Below are positions 26,234 through 40,244 of a stretch of DNA of 64,000 bases, piece by piece. The stretch is from Callorhinchus milii. Taxonomy: Eukaryota. The DNA lies in NCBI RefSeq assembly GCF_018977255.1, contig NW_024704752.1, positions 9,796,001 to 9,860,000 of the forward strand, in the 5' to 3' direction. The stretch's first letter is position 1, and each line of letters starts with the position of its first letter. The position numbers were made by a program, and so were the translations under genes. The notes beneath the pieces are model-generated. The model worked only from the letters and a program-made list of their open reading frames with translations. It was not told the DNA's origin and did not search any database.

Positions 26234-29200
26234 TCAATGAATCTTGGAAGCCATTTTACCCATCATGTGCTTCTTTGTGTTTTCTTCTTTTTTCAGCAGG
26301 ATAATATAACACTTAGGGGCAAAAATACAGACAAGTAGTCCAAAGCCCGAAGCCAAAATTGTAAATATTTCTACAGCCACAGTATATTTTCCAGGAGAGC
26401 TTACATAAGCTGGAATGAAAGTGATCCAAACAGCACAGAAGATAAGCATGCTGAAAGTGATGTGCTTCGCTTCATTGAAGTTGTCTGGAAGTCGGCGAGC
26501 GAGAAAAGCAACTACAAAGCATACACCAGACAACAGTCCAATGTAACCAAGTACACAGTAAAAGGCTACTGCAGATCCCAGATGGCATTCAAACACGATT
26601 CTCTCCTTAAAATATTCACTATTTTTCAGTGGATAAGGTGGTGCCAAACATAGCCAGACAGTACATATTAAGCATTGTATCAGGGTAAGGATGAAAACAC
26701 TCAGGCGTTGTTGTGTAGGTCCAAACCACTTCATCATGTTACTACTGGGAAGTGTTGCATTAAACGCCATCACCACAACGATTGTTTTTCCCAAAACACA
26801 GGAAATACAAAGAACAAAAGTGATACCGAAGGCTGTGTGACGTAACCTACAGGACCAGACTGAAGGCTCTCCAATGAATATAATTGAGCACAGAAAACAC
26901 AAAGCTAATGCGAAAAGAAGCAGAAAACTTAACTCTGAATTATTAGCTTTAACAATAGGAGTGTCTCTGTGAACGTAGAAAGCTGCAAATACACTTATAG
27001 TGATGGAAACTCCAAGCAATGCCAGTGTCACTAGAGCAATCCCCAATGTCTCCTCGAAGGAGAGGAATTCAATTTCCTTCAGTATGCAATGATCCCGTTT
27101 ATCATTGGACCGGTATTCCAAAGGACATTTTAGGCACAAAGTTGAATCTGAAAGAAAGTCAATTGTGATTGAAAGAACCTGAATTGAAATCCATTCAATA
27201 AATGATTGTAAGTGTAGTTACATTTATCGTGTATCCTGTGTAACGCTTTGGGACGTCTTGAAGATGTGATAAGACACTGTATCAAATGCAAGGATTATTA
27301 TCACTCCCTCACACACACAATCTCACACACAAACTCACTCACTCTCTCACTCCCTCACACACACACACACTCACACTCTCTTTCACTGATTCACTCACTC
27401 GCTCACTAAATACATCAGTAAATCAATAAATCATAATCATGTGGTCATTCAATCCATGACTGATTGTGGGACACTGCTGTGCTCAATTGGCTGCCGCGTT
27501 TTACCCACAAAACACACCGTCACTACACTTTACAGTGTATCCTGTGAAACGCTTTGAGACGTTTCAAAGACTTGATAAGGCGCTGCATCAAATGCAAGGA
27601 TTATTATTATGCTTGAGAAAATACGAAAGAATTGATAGCTGTGTTTGTTCTTACCAGTGATGTTACTAATTTCACCATCAGCACATTCTATACAATCAAA
27701 GCAACACTTTGGTTGTCCTCTTCTTGCTGCTTTCCTTGTTCCAGGGAGACAACTGTCAGAGCAAACTCCCCGTGGGACCTGGATATAGGGAAATGCAGAT
27801 ATTTGATGTTAGTATTATACATTTACTCTTTTGCTGAAATTATGTGATTCTTGGGTTCCAGGTAATTAATTTATCCCGAGATTCACGTTGAGTTGCAGAA
27901 CTATTAGTTATGGTCCGAACAACACATTTCACGTTTGAGCCACCAATGCGCAAAAGCACTTACCGTAATCTGACCTCCGCTCCATACAATTGCCTCTTCC
28001 CTAATCTTAAATTCCTCCCCTGGAGGAGCAGATCCATCATAGTGTCCAACAGTGATAATATCAGTGCCACTGAGGTCATTTGGTTGCCAGTTTATAATGT
28101 CGTACGTTGCCACTGGATCCCGTTTTCATCAAAGTGAACATTTTCACCAATCTTTGTGTTGAAATTCACTGTCTTCATATAATGCAGAAGCTTCATTGGA
28201 AAATAACAAGAGAAGAAGAAATAATCACAAAGTGCTTTCTACCCTTAATATGTTGCAATATGCGAACGCTTAATATGAGAAAAGCAATCCAAGGCACACG
28301 CGTTACAGGTTCCAATCTCATTCTGTGGTGTGAAGGAGTAGTACTTGGCAATTGGCTTTTGTGCCGCTGAGACAATGAAGGAGAAATCAACGTCCAATCC
28401 TTACTATTCAATCACCCCCTTTTTTCTTCATAAAACCTGAACTTTTGTAGATGTTGGGTGAGAACAAGATTGGGGCGAGCAATGATGTACTTCAAACCAA
28501 ATTGTGTTAAACACCCATTATCTAAGATCACATTTAGATCAAATAATAATAATGATAATAATAATCCTTGCATTTGATATAGCGCTTTTCATGTCGGGAG
28601 GACGTCCCAAAGCACTTCACAGAACACACTGTAAAGTGAATTGACTGTATATTTGTGGGCGAACGCGGCAGCCAATTGCACACGGCAATGTCCCACAAAC
28701 AGTCTTAAAACACAGAGTTCTTAAAGAAAATATGGACGTCCTTGGTAAGGGGATAACTTTATAGAAAAATAACAAGAGAAGAAGAAATTTTTTTTTTCAT
28801 TTCAGCAAAATACTTTAAGCACATATACTAGTGCAACGTGAAGCAATACAAGGGACACAGGTTGACGGTTCCAAGGAAGGGAAAATCAGTGTCCAATCCT
28901 CATTACATTTCAATCACCATTTTCTCCATGTAACTTGAACGTTTGAAGATGTAAAGTAAGAATAGGTTTCAGAGTGATAATGTTGCTCAAATTGAATCAT
29001 GTGAAAACACGCTCTGTCTAAGGACACATTAAAAACAATGAAAACGATCAAAAATATAGGGATACAACCAACAGCAAAATAGGAAAGAAGAAAAACATAA
29101 AAATCACAAAAAATATGTTTAAAAAATATAATTGGTATAACATTAGAACCACTGAACTATAAGTATATATTTCTATTCCTGAAGCACCAAACATGCATGA

Positions 29201-32200
29201 CATTTAAACACTATGGAAATGTTTCAATTTTGCATGACAAATCATATGAAGTATTTCTTACTTGCCATGGTTGGAAATTTGAAATATTTGCACAACTTTT
29301 ATTATAAAACGGTCCTTTGCCATTTTCACATGACAGCATATCATGAAGAGCATGAGCTATAGCGTAGGTTGCTGTATAGACATTGTAAGTAACTCTGTAT
29401 TGAGACACATCAGTGTATGCATTATTTATAGTTCGTAAATCCTCTCGTCCTGTGCATTCCTTAATTCCATCTGCTTTGTGCTGTGCGTTTCTTAATGTAC
29501 AGTTGAAGGTCATTTCCCAAAACTCTTTTATTAAGCGGTTTCCTGGATATGCAGAAGGATGAACTTGAAGTAGAAACTCTTTCAATTCTGGAACGTGTAC
29601 TTTGCGAATCGCAATTCCAATTGTGCCGGACAGGAACTGTCTACTTTCTGCTTGGGGCAGATGTGAGGTGGTGACCCAAGATTCGCTTCCCACCCATTGA
29701 ATATTTGACACATTTTGTCGAACAATTTCTTTCAGTAGAGCAGTCATGTCAGAGTGATCAAGAAAGGCTACAACAACCTTTGTGGTAGATTTCTTAATAA
29801 TGCTTATAGTCTTAAACAATTCTTCCCCGGAATATTTCACGTGGAAAGACTCAGAGAAGGCAATACAAACACCGAGTTGTTGTACAGCTTCTGTGAACGC
29901 TTGCATTCCAAAGTTACCATAATCATCTTCACTTCTAATGGTCCCAATCCACGTCCACCCAAAGTGTTTCACCAACTGAGCCAAGGCTCTGACCTGAAAG
30001 TAGTCACTTGGTATTGTTCTAAAAAATGATGGATATTCCTCTTTGTTGCTCAAACATTCACAGGTAGCAAAGTAACTCACCTACGGAAATAAAAACATAG
30101 AGAAAGAAGGCTAATAATCTTGATCTCAAATTATAATTTCCAAGGGAAAGGAAAGTGTGTCAACGTTTCGGGTCCATGGCCCTTCGTCAGTACATTCTGG
30201 AAGGGTTGTGGAACGAAACATTGACTCAATTTCCTTTCTCCATAGATGCTGCCTGACCTGCTGAGTGTTCGCAGCGATTTCTGTTTTTGTTTCAGATTTC
30301 CAGCATCTGCAGTATTTTGCATTTTGTTCAAATTATAATTTAATGAATGTTCACTTTTTTCACTTTTCAAGGTAAAGGTGTTCTCAGCAAAACCCAGTAA
30401 CTTTTATTGGTTATCCAATTGATGACATGTTCATTTAACAAGAGCCTCCAATAGAGCTTTTTGGGATTCCCTCCCATAGCCCTTTATTTCCTCACTCTCA
30501 AATATATTGAGTGTGAACCTCGCACAGCAGTAACTCTCGCCTCTGAGTCTGAATGTTGTAGGTTCAAGCTCCCGATCGGGATTTGGAATCACAAAATTTA
30601 ATAATACTTAAATGTGGTTTAAGAACACTTGAAAGGCGTGAACATTCGTTCGAACATCAAGGTCAAAATTCTGAATTTTTTTTGTATTATACCAGCCTTC
30701 CAACAGATGTGTGTTTGAATGAGTTAATTTGTTTATATTATTTATTATAAATTAAGAGGATTTCAACAATGCATCATGAAATGGAAGTGCAAAATAAGGC
30801 GAATTGAATATTGGTTTTCTATTACTGTCCTTCAGCAAACTGATATCGTATTCCATGAAATACCTTACCAGAGGAATCCTATAAGGACTGATTACGGTGG
30901 CTATTGCTGAGGACCTGGAGGAACTAGAGTCACCAACAATAGCAGAAACCACCGGTGCTCTTTTGCAGTTGATATTTGAAGAGGATTCTTCGAGTCTGTT
31001 TAAGAAATCGAAGGTTGTTTTTGTTGACACAGCAACCATTCCACAAGAGTCAGAAATCCAGTAACCCAGAGTAATGTTGGGAAGCAGTGTCTGGTCTTTG
31101 TTTATTTCTTCCATTGCAAAGATCATCGCCATTGCAAAACGAAACATTCTGAATCGAAACCTGTAGGCATTAAATTTATACCAAAAGTTTTAAAGAAATG
31201 TCATAGGTAATATAATTTGTAGTGAAAGTAATACATTTAAAATGCACATTCCTATAATCTAGACAGAATGCAGGAGAGTAAAAATAAAAACTACATCCAG
31301 AAATACGAGGCCTTATAGCTGTTTAAGAATTGAGGATCTATTAACTAAATGCACACAGAGGCCACTGGAGATATTAGATGTCTCCAACTATACCGTTTTT
31401 TAAAAAGAAAAATCTTAACAGGTTTGAGAAGTTGTACACCTGTTCCCAACTTCATGCTCAATACCATTACTGCTGAGGAGTTACAACGTTATCTATTTCC
31501 CACTGTTAAATGAATTTTGCATATGATGGATTTTTCTCAACATGGAATAACAACTTACAAACTGTGATGCACACAGACTCTAAAATACTGAAAATAAATG
31601 CAAACCTATAAACATAAAAATGTTCCTGCAGACATTTGTTTTCATTGTGCTGTAAGCTCAGTGAATTTCTTTCATTTGCTCTCACTGTGTTACAGATGTA
31701 TAATTCCGAACATTGAATTTCCATGAAATATCTGGATGATTTCAAACAAATCCCGAATTGTAAAGTTGCTTGGAAGTTATATGGATGTTGAAATTTACAG
31801 CACCTTGGCACTTCCTCCAGACGTGAAAGGCGCTATACAAAAGTAATTTTGTTGTTGTACATCACTTTAAATTCTGCTGATGCAAATTGAATACGAATGT
31901 GCAAGGAGATCTACAAACACCCACTGGATTTAAGTAATTGGGTTATATCAAGGCAGTTTCACACATGCAAACTAGGATGTTTTTAAAAACAAAGTTGTAT
32001 GTCAAATAATTGTAATTTTATTTGAGTGATGGGAATTTGAAATTGTGTTTGCTATCAAACATGGATTGCTGGTGTATCAGTCTTACTCACTCTCTTCTCT
32101 GAATCAGTTGGTTGTGGTTTCAAGCCCCACGTCATGACTTGAACTCACATAGTGTAATGTAAGCTGACATTTTAATGCAGTGGTGGGAGTGTATCTCATT

Positions 32201-32699
32201 GTCCTTGACTGGCCAACAAATACCACTCAAAAAATTGCCATTCGTTCATGGCTGATTGCGGGACATTACTGTGTGCAAATTGGTGGCCGAGTTGACCTAT
32301 AAATACATGGTCCCTCCGCTTCATAGTAAACCATGTGAAGCACTTTGGGATGTCTCTCTGATTTGAAGGGCATTATACCAAAATGCAAGGATTATTGTCT
32401 AAAGCAAGAAAGTAGTTTAGCTATTTCACAACATTAATTGACAAATTGGATTTATTGGACATGCAAAATCAAAATTGGACTAACAATGTACATTTTACCA
32501 CTTGAGGTTGGGTTTTAAATGTGATTTCCTGATTCTCAACATTGCCATGAATACTGAAAACTCCGCCAAGAACGATGTCGCCGTCTTTAGACAAACTGAG
32601 CAGATCAAATATCCTCCAACGTTTGCAGGTTGGCTCTTCAGTCAGCCATGCAGAATGAAGAAGAGAAAACAGTAGCACATACAGCAAAGGGTGATACAT
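26234..32699 (-). pseudogene. V2R/OlfC gene 4, frameshifted in exon 4 (pseudogene, null allele or sequence error). Exons 32699-32485, 31160-30869, 30080-29262, 28190-27964, 27778-27655, 27147-26234
   Basis: Exon 4 is 227 nt rather than 228. GGATCCCG at about 28115-28122 corresponds to GGATCCCCG in genes 2, 3 and 5, and the shifted frame reaches TAA at 28094-28092. The other exons are open. Confidence 0.75.
28543..28705 (-). mobile_element. 5'-truncated SINE, present in gene 4 intron 3 only
   Basis: (AAT)n tail plus SINE 3' half; absent at the equivalent site in gene 3 (about 20110) and gene 2 (about 13155). Confidence 0.85.
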
Positions 32700-33344
32700 C
32701 GTTTTTCAATGCAAGTATCATTGTCCCAATGTAATGCCACTGGTCCTTATATATACTTTAATTTACTTTAATATTCCACTGACAACCTGCGTACATTTGC
32801 CTTAAAGAAATTATTTTTCCAAATACCTTCAACAAATTAGGGAGCATTTCCAGAGGGAAAGAAATTACTATTTTAATCTTCGTTGAAATAATTAAATCAG
32901 GGAGATGTTTAATTATATATTGCTGTAATTTTAAAGTTGGGTTTGGTTATTTCACTTCAGTAATTTACTTGTTTCATTAATTTCTAATTTCAAGTACACA
33001 TTGCGCATTTCAAGAGGAAAGTAGATTGGTATATTTTTTTCAAAGAAAAAAGCTTGAACGGGTATGGAGTAGGACAGGGCAGTGGAATTGAATAAATAGC
33101 TTGATTTGAGAGATGGTGTAGACTTGATGAGTCTAATGCCTTCCCTTTGCGTTGTAATTTTATATAATTTGTAAATGGAACTGATTGAGAAATAAAATTG
33201 TTAAAAGAGATGAATGAAATTTAAATGGAAAACTCTGATAAAGGGTCAGATCCAAGGACCATTTGTTTGGACTAACATGTTTTAGTTCTTATTTTCTTTA
33301 TTTTTCTGATTAAGCTTGATTTTTGCTTTTGTTTTCAATGGCAG

Positions 33345-33531
33345 AATACAATGCTAATTATCTGCTTGTCAGGCTTCCCGACTCTTTCCTCCACAAGCTA
33401 CAGATCATTCAGAACTCTGCAGCTCATGTCCTCTCCCACACTAAGCTCTGTGGCCCTATCACCCCCACCGTTGCGGGTCTCCACTGGCTCCCCATCCCCC
33501 AGAGGATAATAATAATAATAATAATAACAAC

Positions 33532-33563
<32 letters not shown>

Positions 33564-34436
33564 TCCTTGCATTTGATATAGCGCTTTTCATGTCAGGAGG
33601 ACATCCCAAAGCGCTTCACAGAACACGCTGTAAAGTGAATTGACTGTATATTTGTGGGCGAACGCGGCAGCCAATTGCGCACAGCAATGTACCACAAACA
33701 GTCGTAGATTGAAAATTACCAATTTATTATTGTTTTTGGTTTTGGAGGGATTATTATATGATAATAAATTAATGATAATTTGATAAAGTTCAAAATCCTC
33801 ATCCTCACCTTCAAGGCCCTCCATGGCCTTACTCCTTCCTACCTCTGTGACATGCTGACCCCATATGAACATGTCCGCTCTCTCTGCTCAGCAGGCTTCA
33901 GCCTGCTCCACATCCCGCTCGGCTCATCCCACCATTGGTGATTGGGCCATTAGCCTCTCTGCCCCACCCTATGGAACTCCATCCAACAGTCCCTTCACCT
34001 TGCTCCCTCCCTTGCCTCCTTTAAAACACGTCTTAAGACTCCCATCTTCGACCGGGCATTCGGCCACCCTTCTTTCCCTACCATCGCTGCCCTCCACCCC
34101 ACTTGATCTCAACCCCCAGCTCCAGTCCAAATCCTTGACTGTTCAGCGTCTTGGGATGTCCTGTAGCTCAGTGGTTAGAGCACTCGCTTTGCAAGCGAGA
34201 CACCTGGGTTCAATTCCAAACAGGGCGAAACCTTGGGCAAGTTTCCTTACTCAACACACCTAATAGTAATCCCTCCAAAACAAAACAGTAATAAATTGGT
34301 CATTTTCAATCCATGGCTGTTTGTTGGACACTGCTGTGCGCAATTGGCTGCCACGTTTTTCCCACAAATATACGTATATTCTGTGAAGCACTTTGAGACT
34401 GAAGAAGACTTGAAAAGCACTATATCAAATGCATGA

Positions 34437-34474
<38 letters not shown>

Positions 34475-34522
34475 GTCTTCCCGATGTGAAAGAAGCTGTG
34501 CAAATGTAATTTGTTGTTGTTG
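33345..34522 (+). mobile_element. L2 3' fragment (paralog of 24565-25072) carrying two nested SINEs: about 33506-33760 (-) and 34158-34474 (+)
   Basis: L2 sequence is colinear with the uninterrupted copy on each side of both inserts; long (AAT)n and (ATT)n tails. Confidence 0.88.
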
Positions 34523-35555
34523 GTATGTATATATACTGTATATTTCTAATCTGTGAAAAAGTATATTTTTTAAAATGATGACTTGTAATCTTAAAGGAAA
34601 CCATAAGAAGAATAAATAACAGAAATAATGTTCGACTGTCCTGGAGAATTACTTGAGGATAATAACTTAATTATCCAATTTTCCTCTTTTACTGTCTTGC
34701 GTAATAGATAGAAGGTCCTTCTATTCTTCAACGACTAGATAATGGTTGTACACATTACATTAATTGCAAACTTAATACAGGTCTTTCTGATTAACTAATT
34801 AAATGCATAAGGCCGGAGCACCATATGGATTAAATACATAGCAAGGCATGGTTATGTATGTAGGAAAAAGAAACACGCACCCAATGAAACGTGCCAACTG
34901 ACAGAGATGGACAAAGGAAAGTCATTGGCGTAGCATCTGAACGTTTAGAACCCATATGAAGTGATTATCTGCAAAGCTCATCAAATATTTATTATAAAAA
35001 AATGTTGTTCTAACCCTGTAAGAAACATTGTTGAGACCACATTTGTATTATTCAGTGCAATTTTAGAAAACATATCTTCAAAAGAACACTGAGCCTATGA
35101 AAATGCACTTACTCAGGATATTCTGTAATGGAAGACATTGCTGATCAAGGCTAATGATAGATACAAAACCACTTTGTTAGAGAAACCTATTTTCATGTTC
35201 AAATAATTCTTGCATTTGATACAGTATTGATAATGTTAAATTGTCGCTAAGTGCTTCACAAAGATTGCCGTTAAGTGCTGCGATGGTAAAATCAATGACA
35301 GTCTATTTGTAAGTTAAATCAAGATATTTACTGAGGAACAGTTTTTTTTACTGAATATGAAGCAAAATACATTGAGAAAATGATAACATTTTATATTTTT
35401 TAGGTTAATAAACAGAAAATATTACATTCTGTAAAAGGTATCGACCATAACTTTGGTATTGTTATTACACAATAAATCGGAATCTCGTAAAACCTGAATG
35501 AAACTAACTAATATGTAATTTTGGAACAAAATTTATTTTTATTCAAAAAACATGT

Positions 35556-38500
35556 TCACTGAATCTTGGAAGCCATTTTACCCATCATGTGCTTCTTCGT
35601 ATTTTCCTCTTTTTTCAGCAGGATAATATAACACTTAGGAGCAAAAATACAGACAAGTAGGCCAAAGCTTGATGCCAAAATAGCAAATATTTCTACAGCC
35701 ACAGTATATTTTCCAGGAGAGCTTACATAAGCTGGAATGAAAGTGATCCAAACAGCACAGAAGATAAGCATGCTGAAAGTGATGTGCTTCGCTTCATTGA
35801 AGTTGTCTGGAAGTCGGCGAGCGAGAAAAGCAACTACAAAGCATACACAAGACAACAGTCCAATGTAACCAAGTACACAGTAAAAGGCTACTGTAGATCC
35901 CAGATGGCATTCAAACACGATTCTCTCCCTAAAATATTCACTATTTTTCAGAGGAAAAGGTGGTGCCAAACATAGCCAGACAGTACATATTAAGCATTGT
36001 ATCAGGGTAAGGATGAGAACACTCAGGCGTTGTTGTGTAGGTCCAAACCACTTCATCATGTTATTACTGGGAAGTGTTGCATTAAATGCCATCACCACAA
36101 CGATCGTTTTTCCCAAAACACAGGAAATACAAAGAACAAAAGTGATACCAAAGGCTGTGTGACGTAACCTACAGGACCAGACTGAAGGCTCTCCAATGAA
36201 TATAATTGAGCACAGAAAACACAAAGCTAATGCGAAAAGAAGCAGAAAACTTAACTCTGAGTTATTAGCTTTAACAATAGGAGTGTCTCTGTGAACATAG
36301 AAAGCTGCAAATACACTTATAGTGATGGAAACTCCAAGCAATGCCAGTGTCACTAGAGCAATCCCCAATGTCTCCTCGAAGGAGAGGAATTCAATTTCCT
36401 TCAGTATGCAATGATCCCGTTTATCATTGGACCGGTATTCCAAAGGACATTTTAGGCACAAAGTTGAATCTGAGAGAAAGTAAATTGTGATTGAACGAAC
36501 CTGAATTGAAATCTCTTCAATAAATGTTTGAGATTATAAGAAAGAATTAATAGCTGTGTTTGTTCTTACCAGTGATGTTACTAATTTCACCATCAGCACA
36601 TTCTATACAATCAAAGCAACACTTTGGTTGTCCTCTTCTTGCTGCTTTCCTTGTTCCAGGGAGACAACTGTCGGAGCAAACTGCCCGTGGGACCTAGTTT
36701 TAGAGAATTGCAGGCATTTTATGTTACTATTTTGCTCTTTTGCGAGTGATTCACGTTCAGTGGCAAGGCTTTTTTTTTAATGTGGGCTTGGAGAGTAATT
36801 GTTCTCTCACGTATCAAACTAACGCCTTCAGCAAACCTATTCTTACTCAATACCTTCAAAAACTTTGATTACATGGGAAAAGGGTGATTAAATAATAATA
36901 AGGATTGGACACGTATTTTCCATTCCTCAGCTCATGGACACGAAAGCTATTGGTCAATGTTTGCTCCTCCACAGCGCAGAATGAGATTGGAACCTCATTC
37001 GTCTGGTTGTCATAGCCGAGCAACACACTTCATATCTGACACACTTATGAGCAACAAAAGCCATTACCGTAATCTGACCTCCGCTCCATACAACTTCTTC
37101 TTCCCTTATCTTAAATTCTTCCCCTGGGGGAGCAGATCCATCATAGTGCCCGACAGTGACAACATCAGTACCGTCGAGGTCATTTGGTTGCCAATTTATA
37201 ATGTCGTATGTTGGCACTGGATCCCCGTTTTCATCGAAATTAACATTTTCACCAATCTTTGTGTTGAAATTTACTGTTTTCATGTACTGCAAAATCTATA
37301 TTGCAAAATAACAAGAGAAGAGGAAACAGTGATGCAAGGCACACAAGTTGTAGGTTCCAATCTCATTCTGTGTCGTGCAGAAGCATTAATTCGTTTGAGT
37401 GTGATAGTGCCTTTCAAATTGAATCGTGTGAAAACCCTAAGGCCACGTTTTAATTTTTTTTAGAAGGCCTTAGTATGGGGATCCGCCCAACGTCAAAATA
37501 GGAAACAAGAAAAACAAAAAAATCACAAAAAAATTAAATGGTATAATTGGTATTACATTGGAACCAACAAACCACAAGTATATCTTTCTATTTGTTAAGC
37601 ACCTAACACAAATGAAACCTAAACACTATGGATACGCTTACATGACAAATCATATGAATTATTTCTTACTTGCCATGGTTGAAAATTTGAAATATTCGCA
37701 CAACTTTTATTGGAGAATGGTCCTTTGCCACTTTCACATGACAGCATATCATGAAGAGCATGAGCTATAGCATAGGTTGCTGTATAGACCTTGTAGGTAA
37801 TTCTGTACTGAGACACATCAGTATATGTATTATGTACATTCTGTAAATTTTCTCGTCCAGAGCATTCTGTAATTAAATCTTCTTTGTGCTCCTCGTTTCC
37901 TAATGTACAATTGAAGGTTCTTTCCCAAAACTCTTTCATTAAGCGGTTTCCTGGATATGCAGAAGGATGAACTTGCAGTAGAAACTCTCTCAACCCTGGA
38001 ACCTGTACCTTGCGAATCGCAATTCCAATTGTGCCGGAAAGGAAACGTCTGCTTTCTTCTGGGGACAGATGTGTTGTGGTGACCCATCCTTCACTTCCTA
38101 TCCATTGAATACCTGTTACATTTTGTCGCACAATTTCTTTTAGTAGAGTCGACATATGAGGGTGAGCAAGAAATGCCACAACAACCTTTGTGGTAGATTT
38201 CTTAATAATATCTACAGTTTTCAGCAATTCTTCCTTCGAGTATGTTGTAGCGAAAGATTCAGAGAACGCAATACAAATCTCTAGTTGTTCTACAGCTTCT
38301 GTGAACGCTTGCATTCCTAAGTTACCATAGTCAGTGTCACTTCTAATGGTCCCGATCCACGTCCAACCAAAGTGTTTCACCAGCTGAGCCAAGGCTCTGA
38401 CCTGAAAGTAGTCACTTGGTATTGTTCTAAAAAATGATGGATATTCCTTCCTGTTGCTCAGACATTCACATGTAGCAACGTAACTTACCTACGGAAATTC

Positions 38501-40244
38501 AAATTTGAAAGAGAGCAAATAACCTTAAACTCAACTTATAAGTACCTGTAAATAGAATGTTCACTTTTCAAGGTAAAGGTGTTATTAATATTTAACCAAA
38601 GCACAGTAACTGTTATTGCCCATTTATGACTTATTTATGTCTTCTTTTTAGCAGTGAATATGTTATTATGATACAGTACAAAACTTACATCCATCAAACA
38701 TTGATGAATTTTTCTAATATCGATACAATTTCCTCTTAATTTTCCTCTTGGAATTATTGTTGGATTCCCTGATGGTTTTGCCAGATGAGGCGAAATTATA
38801 GCTCACTTCCAGAACCTGACATCCTCAAATTAATGTTGATAACATCAACTGAAAGTGTAAAATAGGCTGGTAAATTAATAAAACATTGCTTAATACCGGA
38901 AGCAATAAAGATTAACCATATTATGTACTAATTAAACGATTGTTATTGCATGTAAATACGAGCCTTATTATTAATCAAAGAAAATCGCGGATTTCTAACT
39001 GTGTCCAACTAAATGGACAATAAAGTATTTTGGATGTCACTTTTCAATCCCTGTGCTGCAGCAAATTGATATGCTTTTCCATGAAAGAGCTTACCAGAGG
39101 AATCCCAAAAGGACTGATTAAGGTCGCTATTGCTGCAGACAGTGAAGAACTGGAGTCACCAACAATAGCGGAAACCACAGGTGCTCTTTTGCAGATGAAA
39201 TCTGAAGATGTTTGTTCGAGTCTGTTTAAAAAATCGAAGGTTCTTTTTATTGACACGGCGGGTGTTCCACAAGAGTCAGAAATCCAGTAGCCCAGAGTAA
39301 TGTTGGGAAGCAGTGACAGGTCTTTGTTTATTTCTTCTATTGCAAAGATCATCGCCATCGCTAAACGAAACATTCTGAATAGAAACCTGTAACAAGGAAA
39401 TTATTAAATACACTATCTGTCGAATTATCCATTGAAAGTAGCATTGGCAACATAATTTTGGAAAGATTTAAACCAATAGCTAGAATTCCCCTTGCACCAG
39501 ATAAGAAACAATAAAGAAAGATTAAAGGATGGAATCAACATCTAGAGCAAGATGGGAGGTCTCGGTGTATTGCGTTTTTTTAAGTTAGAGTGTAACCTAA
39601 TTGCCGAAATTGAATCGGACACAGCTATACATTTTTTAACTGCAGACTAACCAACACACGAACTGGACCAGTCCATCTACTGTGTTACATCGGGATGTTC
39701 TACCCACATTGAAAGTCGTCCACAGACATCCTTTCAGTTGTGTTTCATCTCGTAACAATTCGAATATAATATGCAAAGGGATCACTGTAATGTCATCGAA
39801 ATCAAATAATCGGGTTCTGTGATAGTGTTCGCGCCTTCAACAGAAATGTTTTCATCCAAATAAATATACTCTCTTTATAGAGATTGGAGTTGTTTAAACA
39901 TATAGTGTCACATTGATAGAATATTTGTCATCCAAAAGCGTGAAAATAGTTTGGTTATTTCACGGCATTTATCCGCAACGATCGGTCTACTATTAGAACC
40001 GGATAAGACAAATGGGCATTTTCACTAACTTTGTACATGTTACTGCTTTTGGTTCGGTTTTAAAATTCATATCCTGATCCTCAACATCGACATGAATACT
40101 GAAAACTCCTCCGAGAACAATGTCGCCGTCTTTAGTTAAACTAAGTGGATCAAACATCCCCCAACGTTTACAGGTTGTCTCTTCAGTCAGCCACACAGGA
40201 ACAAGAACAGAAATCAATAGCACACAGAGCATAGGGAAACACAT
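35556..40244 (-). CDS. V2R/OlfC receptor gene 5, intact. Exons 40244-40030, 39386-39095, 38488-37670, 37295-37068, 36693-36570, 36469-35556
   Basis: Canonical exon lengths, GT-AG junctions, full set of flytrap, Cys-rich and 7TM motifs. Confidence 0.93.

Noticed and set aside
33323-33643. ORFs with poly-Ile, poly-Tyr or poly-Asn runs
   Set aside because: Translations of (ATT)n or (AAT)n SINE tails.
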